DNA from: Octopus bimaculoides
Taxonomy: Eukaryota
Reading direction: 5' to 3'
Assembly (NCBI RefSeq): GCF_001194135.2
Contig: NC_068982.1
Coordinates: 92,078,866-92,120,937 of the forward strand
DNA: 42,072 bases
Numbering within the stretch: position 1 is the first letter of the stretch; each line of letters opens with the position of its first letter. The translations under genes and the position numbers were made by a program. The notes beneath the pieces are model-generated. The model saw only the letters and a list, made by a program, of their open reading frames with translations. It was not told the DNA's origin and ran no database searches. Of the stretch, positions 35,221 through 42,072 are shown in pieces.

Positions 35221-35983
35221 TCATTTATTTTAATAGCATACTTTTCTCTTTGTAGATATTTTCTCTCTCTCTCTTACACACACACATGGACTCAGGTTAA
35301 AAGTTTAAATTACAATTTTTTCTTTGTTGTTGCTTAAATCCCAGCGATGGAACACTGCATCAGCATTCCATAAAATGTGTTCATGAGGAGAAAAATATTT
35401 TAAAAAATCAATGTATGTCAGAGTGACAAAGAAATGAGGAAGGTATCAGGTGATTGTGTGATGTGCTAGAAACAACAGCTAAACTTCCCTTAAAATCACA
35501 CACAGCTTTTCATCTGAGAATTATTTTGAAATTATAAACAGAAATAAATTGCAGATTCAGAGTTTGTATTTCAAAACAATGATTTTAAAAAAAAAAATTC
35601 GAAAAAAACTCTCAAAATTTTAGAATATATGGAGGGGCAAGGTTAATGAAAATATTTTAAAAGATTTCACCCTTGTCTTTAAATTATGTTTCATTTTCTG
35701 TTTGAAAATAAAGGGAGTGGGGATTGTAATAGTGATTGCTGATTTCCCCCAATTTTTTTTCTTTAATCTTCAAGGCTTCTCCCATCTTTTTGTAAGTGTG
35801 TTGTGCAAAAATAAATTTGGTACTGAAAGGGGGAGGAGGTTAGAAAAAATTTCATAAATTTTCCAATTTCTTTTTTCTTCTTTTTACCGAAAAGACATAT
35901 ATTCTTTTTAAGTGAGTAATGCAAAAAAGAAAAAAGATTGGACAAAACTGGTCCGGACGAGAGGAAGGAGAAATTTCCAGTCC

Positions 35984-36383
35984 ACGAAAATTTTTTTTTT
36001 CCCCCCCAAAAGAGTTCCGGACCCCAGTTATGAACTCATTTGCATACAGCCAATCAGAGCTCAACTATCAAACTAATTTATGAGCGTATAACAAGTGCTG
36101 GGCGATAAGATAAGGTCACTTGGGTAAGGAATGACCACGTTTCTTTACTCTTTTAATTATTCATGTTGTTCTTGTTCGGCATAATCTGAGCGCTGAACGG
36201 CACCTTTCTTTCACACTTTTCAAACAATTCTTCAACGGTCTGCCAGCACCAGTGCGGTTTCTGCCACCAGCAAAAGCCTTTGTTTACTTGACAACAAGGT
36301 CATGGTGAGTTCTGATTTACTGTATGCAAATGAGTTCATTACTAGAGGCCGGAACTCTCGTGGGAAAAAAAAAAAAATTGCGT
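35984..36383. mobile_element. MITE-like element with ~62-bp inverted arms, each containing an octamer
   Basis: 35984-36047 is the reverse complement of 36322-36383 with a few mismatches. ATTTGCAT is at 36038-36045, ATGCAAAT at 36324-36331 and CCAAT at 36050-36054. Confidence 0.7.
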
Positions 36384-36908
36384 CCCATCCATGTGGGGAA
36401 CCTACACGCCAATGAAACCAAGAAATCGATCCTTATGAGCCAGACATGGCTCGAGAAGGAACAAACAGCAACAGATGTCAGTAACGGAGGTTCCGATTCT
36501 GATAAAAAGTTGGCTTTTTCTTTTTCTTTTTAAATTCAATGTTGATCATGACAATGATGATAAATGAGGTTGAGTTTGTTGCTATCGGTTGGAGTAATAC
36601 TAGTTTTATAGCTAGTCACAGTTTTGGCAGTGGTGATTGTGATGATGGTGGTGGTCGTCGTCGTCGTCATAGTGGAGGTGGTCGTGGTGATGGTAATGAA
36701 TGTTTTTGACTTGTAAAACACATTTCTATTTAATGCCTTCCGTTTTCTATGTTAGAATTCAGAAAATTTGTACATTTGGTAGCAAAGTCTCTTGTGTTCT
36801 GTTATTTTATTATACTTATTTGTTTTTGGTTGAATACATTTTTGTATATTTAAAAATTGGAATTTTGGAAAACAACAGTTTTAGTAATCATGATTTCCGT
36901 TTTTGTTT

Positions 36909-37049
36909 GAATTTTGTCAGTGAACAAGTTGCGGTCTCAGAGCGACGAAAATATTTTGGCAAATTAAATTTAAATGTTGAAGTGAATCTAACGGGTTTTT
37001 GTGTGTATCTTAAATGGCTTATAAACACCTTCCATGCTGCAATTGTTTA
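36909..37049 (+). repeat. Dispersed non-autonomous repeat (copy 2)
   Basis: Aligns by eye with 34191-34330. Confidence 0.8.
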
Positions 37050-37293
37050 ATTTTTTTAAAGTTTATAAGATTTGGCTGCTATTTCTAGCATGTGGAAAGA
37101 CCTTTTAGGCTTAACTGCTTGTACAGTTTGAAAACCATCAACGCATGCGCAAATGATCGAACCGCTTAAAAACACCGAATATTTGTGTCTATGAATGATG
37201 AGGGAGGGTTGTCAATTGTTTTTTCTTTTTGTTTTTTTTTAATTGAAATTTTAGAAAAAGCATAATGTCCATATTTTTCTATGTAGAATCCAA

Positions 37294-37846
37294 GGCACTA
37301 TCATGCTTTTAGCTGTCAGAAGTGAAAGTGCTCACTGCCTGCTAGTGAAGTATCTGTCTGTCTGCCTGTTGCTGGCCTGTCGATTCTTTGGCTACTGACA
37401 GCTAATACCATGACTGGCCGGAGCGAGCTATATGTCTGTCTGTCTGTCTGTCTCTCATTCTATCTATCTATTACTCGAAAGTTCGCGCGTCCGCGCTAGC
37501 TAGCCGTGAGTAGAAAACACAAATTTAATATAAAAACATATTTCCTGAAATTGCAAATTATTTAAAATATAAAAATATAATTTTCAACAGAGAGAATTTA
37601 TCAAAATAGAAAACAAATGAAGTTTGAAGTTTAAAAATAATAGGATCGACCACTCACGACTAGCTAGCGCGGACGCGCGAACTTTCGAGTAATAGATAGA
37701 TAGATAGAGAGACAGACAGACATATAGCTCGCTCCGGCCAGTCATGGTATTAGCTGTCAGTAGCCAAAGAATCGACAGGCATACAGACAGATACTTCACT
37801 AGCAGTGAGCACTTTCACTTCTGACAGCTAATAGCATGATAGTGCC
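37294..37846. mobile_element. Intact foldback MITE, probably Merlin superfamily
   Basis: TIRs at 37294-37511 and 37652-37846 begin GGCAC and are near-identical apart from indels. A perfect 8-bp TSD gaatccaa is at 37286-37293 and 37847-37854. Confidence 0.85.
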
Positions 37847-38046
37847 GAATCCAAAAATACTTTTCGCAAAAAATCTTTTTTAAAAAATGGTGGAGGAGGT
37901 GATTTAAATTTTGAAATGCCGATTTTCTGTAAGAATCGGAATCTCCGTTAACAAAAACGTCAGAATCTGAAAAAATATTTTTAAAAAAGCTGGTGGAATG
38001 CATATTGTACTCCTCAACCAAAAATATAACCGAGGGTGATTTTAGT

Positions 38047-38195
38047 GGGGACGCGTGGCTTAGAGGTTAGTGTGCTGGACTAACGCACGTGAGATTGTGG
38101 TTTCGATTCCTGGATCGGACGATCTGTTGTGTTCTTGAACAAACCACTTCATTTCACGTTGCTCCAGTCTACTCTGTTGTAGAAACGAGTTTAGT
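38047..38195 (+). mobile_element. tRNA-derived SINE 5' fragment (family of 6216-6527)
   Basis: ggggacgcgtggcttagaggttag...gtttcgattcctgg...gttcttgaacaaaccactt. Confidence 0.7.
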
Positions 38196-38574
38196 CTGGA
38201 GCGGGATGGGCTCCGCTATGCTTTCTCGCCCTAGATATAATACCTGGCCGCAGTTAGTAAAAGCAGAGGATCCTAAACTTTTTTTTCTGTTTGCTTATTA
38301 TTTCTTATCCCATGTCCTCTACTCAGAAACAGCTGAAAACATTCCTTCTATCTTATTATTTCTTATCCCATGTCCTCTACTCGGGAACAGCTGAAAAACA
38401 GATGTGTCTAAAGTGTAGTCGTTTCCCTGACTACCTGTGAGCTCCATTAGAGCTGACCTGAGAGAACACAACAAATAATGTTTTCTGATTTAAACTGGAA
38501 GCCAGCAATTTTGAGGGCTGGGGACTAGTTGATTACATCGCCATCAGTACTTGACAAATAATCTATTTATGTGT

Positions 38575-38800
38575 ATATTTGTATATGTGTGTGCCCGTGT
38601 CTTGTGTTTGTACCCCACCATTGCTTGACAACTGATGTTGCTGTGTTTACATTCCCGTAACTTAGCGGTTTGGTAAAAGACACTGACACAATGAGTACTA
38701 CGCTTACAAAGAATAAATCCTGTGGTTGATTTCTTCGACCAACGGCGGTGCTCCACCATGGGCGCAGTCACATGACTGAAACAAGTAAAGCAATAAAAAA
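38575..38800 (+). mobile_element. SINE 3' half (family of 34805-35220)
   Basis: Aligns by eye with 35020-35210 (gcttgacaactgatg...gactgaaacaagtaaa). Confidence 0.8.
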
Positions 38801-39032
38801 TCTATGCTAGTTTAATCCCGAGCAAGGCCGGGTATCTCTGCTAGTTTTATTTTATTCATCCCGGAGAGCTGAAAAGAAAAGTTAACCACTATAGGATTTA
38901 AATTCAGAAGGTAGAGAGTCGGAAAACACTGTAAAACGTCTATTCTGATACTGTAGCGATTCCGCCACCTTGCAAGTTTGGTCCTCAACTCGACGGAGAG
39001 TTCGAGCATATTTGACCAGAAATAGCAGCCAG

Positions 39033-39454
39033 ATTGGCGTTCCTTCGATATAACTCGACAATCTCAACATTTGACTTCGGGTATTTCCGTGACACTTGTG
39101 AAATGGGAGAAGAAAGTTCATGGGTTGTGTGTGCGTGCTTGTTCTTGTCTATGTAAACTTCGATTCTGTTTTCTGCTTGGAAATTTGCGGATTTTACATA
39201 CACACATGAAGCAGGTAAGAACAAATAAGCAAGGGTTTTTTTCTTCAAGTTTAAAATGAGACATTGCTAGCATAATTTCGTTATATCCTATATTCCACAA
39301 CACATAAATACATAAAAACAGAACAGGCACAGACACAGACAAGAACAAGCACGCACACACAACCCATTAGCTTTCTTCTCCCATTTCACAACTATCACGG
39401 AAGTAACCGAAGTCAAATGTTGAGTTTGTCGAGTTATATCGAAGGAACACCAAT
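39033..39454. mobile_element. MITE-like element with ~118-bp inverted arms
   Basis: 39033-39150 is a high-identity reverse complement of 39337-39454, around a 186-bp spacer. No TSD was seen. Confidence 0.75.
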
Positions 39455-39529
39455 GCTTTTACTTTGTACAATGACGGTTGGCCTGGCGCTAAACAAAATA
39501 TCTAGTTTAACATCCGGCTACCAGAACAA

Positions 39530-40040
39530 AAGCAAGTGTAATAGGTGTAAAAAAAAAAATTTTTTTTTAAGAAATGTGTAGTAAACGAATCTGAAAACAA
39601 AAATGCGCAGAAAGTAACGGGGGTGGGGTGGGGTNNNNNNNNNNNNNNNNNNNNNNNNNNNNNNNNNNNNNNNNNNNNNNNNNNNNNNNNNNNNNNNNNN
39701 NNNNNNNNNNNNNNNNGTGATTTCAAAAGGATTATATTTTCCCCAAAGTTACGAGGGAAAAACTCGGAACTTGTGAATTTTCCGAAGTTCTCTAAACCCC
39801 ACCCCACCCCCGTTACTTTCTGCGCATTTTTGTTTTCAGATTCAGGGGAAAAACATCGGCTATTTTGTGAATTTTTCGAAGTCCTCTCTCCACCCACTAG
39901 GAAAAGATTTTCCCCACAAATTTCTTCGTAATCTATTCCAGCATTTTTACTTTCATATTCGTTTCCTACACCTTTTTTTTACACCCGTTGCACAATTTAT
40001 TTTTTTTTCGATTTTGTTTACGGGTAATAATATCAACATT
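39530..40040. mobile_element. Foldback of the repeat family seen at 60-450
   Basis: A perfect 48-bp inverted repeat (39587-39634 / 39796-39843) spans an N-gap, with looser outer arms. 39745-40040 resembles 80-250. Confidence 0.65.
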
Positions 40041-40410
40041 AACCAACATTATGTATGTACGTATGATTAACTAAGACTGGTTAGTTTCGTTATTTTTCTT
40101 CTTGTTTTGCCTTTGTGAGTTACAAGTATTGCTATCTGTTGGAGTTTTAGCACTTTAACTGCTATTTCTAAATTTCGGTATGTGGTGAAGCAACTGTTGC
40201 TGATCCCTTAATTATGTTTATATATATATATATAATTTCAATACGGAGCAAATAATTCACGAAAAAATAATTTGCAAACGGACGGCTGATTTCTGTAGTT
40301 ATTAATGAGTGTGTTTTTTGGCCATTTAAATAAGAGTTTTGACTGTTATTTCCAGCAGGTAGACATACTTGGTATGTCCTTTGATTAATTATATATATAT
40401 ATATATATAT

Positions 40411-40760
40411 AAACAATTGCAGCTTGGAAGGTGTTTATAAGCCATTTAAGAAACACACAAAAACCTTTAGATTCACTTCAACATTTAAATTTAATTTGTC
40501 AAAATATTTTCGTCGCTTTGAGACCGCGACCTGTTAGCACGGAATTTTGTCAGTGAACAGGTCGCGGTCTCAAAGCGACGAAAATATTTTGGCAAATTAA
40601 ATTTAAATGTTTAAGTGAATCTAACGGTTTTTTGTGTTTTAAATGGCTTATAAACACCTACGCTGCAAGTGTTTCCGTTCCAGCACACGATCTCAGATCA
40701 GGTCACGTGCTATGCAAGTACATCTCCGTAATAAATATGTGTGTGTGTATATGTATGTGT
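40411..40760. repeat. Head-to-head copies 3 and 4 of the dispersed repeat, forming a ~125-bp stem
   Basis: 40411-40535 is the reverse complement of 40556-40674, with a 20-nt loop. Confidence 0.85.
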
Positions 40761-40792
40761 GTATGTGTATGCATATATGTATATGTATTATT

Positions 40793-40916
40793 AAAAAGCA
40801 GCAAAAATATCACTAAAACTGTTACCGTTCGTCGGACAGTTTCTAAACAAAACTGTCCGACTAACGGGAACGTGAAAGTCTGAGTAACAGTTTTTGTGAT
40901 TTTTTTGCTGCTTTTT
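40793..40916. repeat. Compound hairpin downstream of the repeat's microsatellite
   Basis: Outer stem aaaagcagcaaaaatatcactaaaactgttac / gtaacagtttttgtgatttttttgctgctttt, inner stem cgttcgtcggacagttt / aaactgtccgactaacg. Confidence 0.7.
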
Positions 40917-41519
40917 AGGTGTTCGAGTACTTTTTTTCCACCTTGTTTCGCATATATGTGATTACTCTGGTGTGTGTGTGTGTGTCTATATGTATATATA
41001 TATATCTGTGTATATGGCGATATTTCGTGAAACTAAAAATAGTGAAGGGGATTTCCCAAGCACAACACAAACATAGTGTGGTATTACAAGTGTACTGCTT
41101 ACATATTTAAAAGATTTACGATTTCATTCTTCAAAAATGTGAGTAAAAAAAACTGGTATCAAAAGCTTCAACATTCTGTCAAATAAGTTTACTACTGTTT
41201 CTTTACATCTCATATAAAGATAGAATTAAATACATCCCCAATAATAATAACTATAATAGTCAGGATAGAGTAACTACCTCCAAAACACATAATCTTGTCA
41301 AATATAGCACTGCTACTCTTATTTTTGTACAGCTGTTGTTTTTAACACATTTCCTTTCGCCTAAAATTTGTAAGAATTTTCTTTTGTGATTCTTATTTTC
41401 CTTTGTAATATTGCTTGCATGATGTAACCGGTTCATAAAGATTCTTTTGACATCACGGTATCGGCCAGACTATCTGTTGTTGTTATATATCACTTGTCAC
41501 AATGCGATTCATATTCTTT

Positions 41520-41610
41520 CTTGACAGTACTCTTCTTTTCAACCCCCATCGTCAGAGAAGCGTTCCGAGTGGTCGTTTCCGATCTCTTGGATACCATTCG
41601 GCAACGTGTT
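41520..41610 (-). mobile_element. RTE-like RT C-terminal fragment
   Basis: The minus strand reads HVAEWYPRDRKRPLGTLL*RW. Homologous to 1540-1610. Confidence 0.55.
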
Positions 41611-42072
41611 GGATTAAATTATGAAAGGAAGCTGGCGGACGTCGGACTTCGGAAATACCAACAAGTTGGAATTTTTTCCAATTTGAAGAGGATTTCTGCC
41701 TTTGGATATGCAGGGTCAATGCAGAATAGCACCTCTCCTTAATTCACGTATTTGTTTTCTTGTGATTTACCTTGCATTTACTTCGCATTGTATTGCCCTT
41801 ACCCACGATCTTTTATACATTTTTTTAAAAAAGTTTTTTCGGTTTCCTACGTTTTAGATGTCGGTGATTACGAATATACAAAAAAGAATCACCGTTTCAA
41901 ATCTCGCCCCGCCACCCTCAATTTAAAATTTTGAACTTTTTTCGAAATTTTTTTTAAAACCACCTTTTCCAAATTTAAAATCCCCACCTCAACCTCCCCT
42001 TCCCCCAAGCTTTTAATTTTTTAAATTTAACCACCAGAGTATATATATGTATATATATATATATATATATAT

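Larger units (their letters stand above)
9782..39716. other. Assembly gaps, mostly flanked by (TG)n/(TA)n microsatellites
   Basis: N runs at 9851-10184, 11751-11850, 14716-15452, 17953-18907, 19628-19838, 20822-20831, 26619-26750, 33348-33357 and 39635-39716. Confidence 0.98.

Noticed and set aside
36536-36721. Thr-rich ORF
   Set aside because: Translation of a degenerate (GTC)/(GTG)/(GAT) trinucleotide tract.
1-42072. CRISPR arrays, rRNA genes or prokaryotic operons
   Set aside because: No repeat-spacer arrays or rRNA-like sequence. The window is intron-rich eukaryotic DNA.

Overview
AT-rich animal genomic DNA with nine N-gaps and many (TA)n/(TG)n microsatellites. The repeat content (RTE-type LINE fragments with (GAT)n tails, tRNA-derived SINEs with a Nin-like domain) looks like an octopod cephalopod; this is pattern recognition, not a database match. 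The one host gene I can support is a + strand multi-exon inhibitor-of-apoptosis (IAP/BIRC-like) locus at ~6.6-26.0 kb. By-eye splicing gives four BIR repeats (6651-7629 and 8627-9121), a linker exon (20544-20637), a two-exon UBA domain (22433-22549, 23546-23684) and a RING exon (25784-25965). Several lesions are visible: a Cys-to-Tyr change in BIR3, a 341-bp copy of downstream intron sitting inside the BIR4 exon (possibly an assembly artefact), a frameshift and stop just after the UBA, and a frameshifted RING. The UBA exon is tandemly duplicated, and an orphan, frame-intact copy of the next exon lies 6 kb downstream. The rest is transposon-derived: a Merlin/IS1595-like transposase remnant, an intact Merlin-type MITE with an 8-bp TSD, Helitron, Tc1 (DD34E), R4/Dong-like and Penelope-like fragments, RTE LINEs and SINEs. 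There are three hammerhead-ribozyme-like motifs and a dense cluster of inverted repeats at 36-41 kb. I do not see a clearly new multi-gene system. The best leads are the hammerhead-like motifs inside the IAP intron and the IAP that appears to be losing its RING. All translations and alignments were done by eye, and repeat boundaries are approximate.
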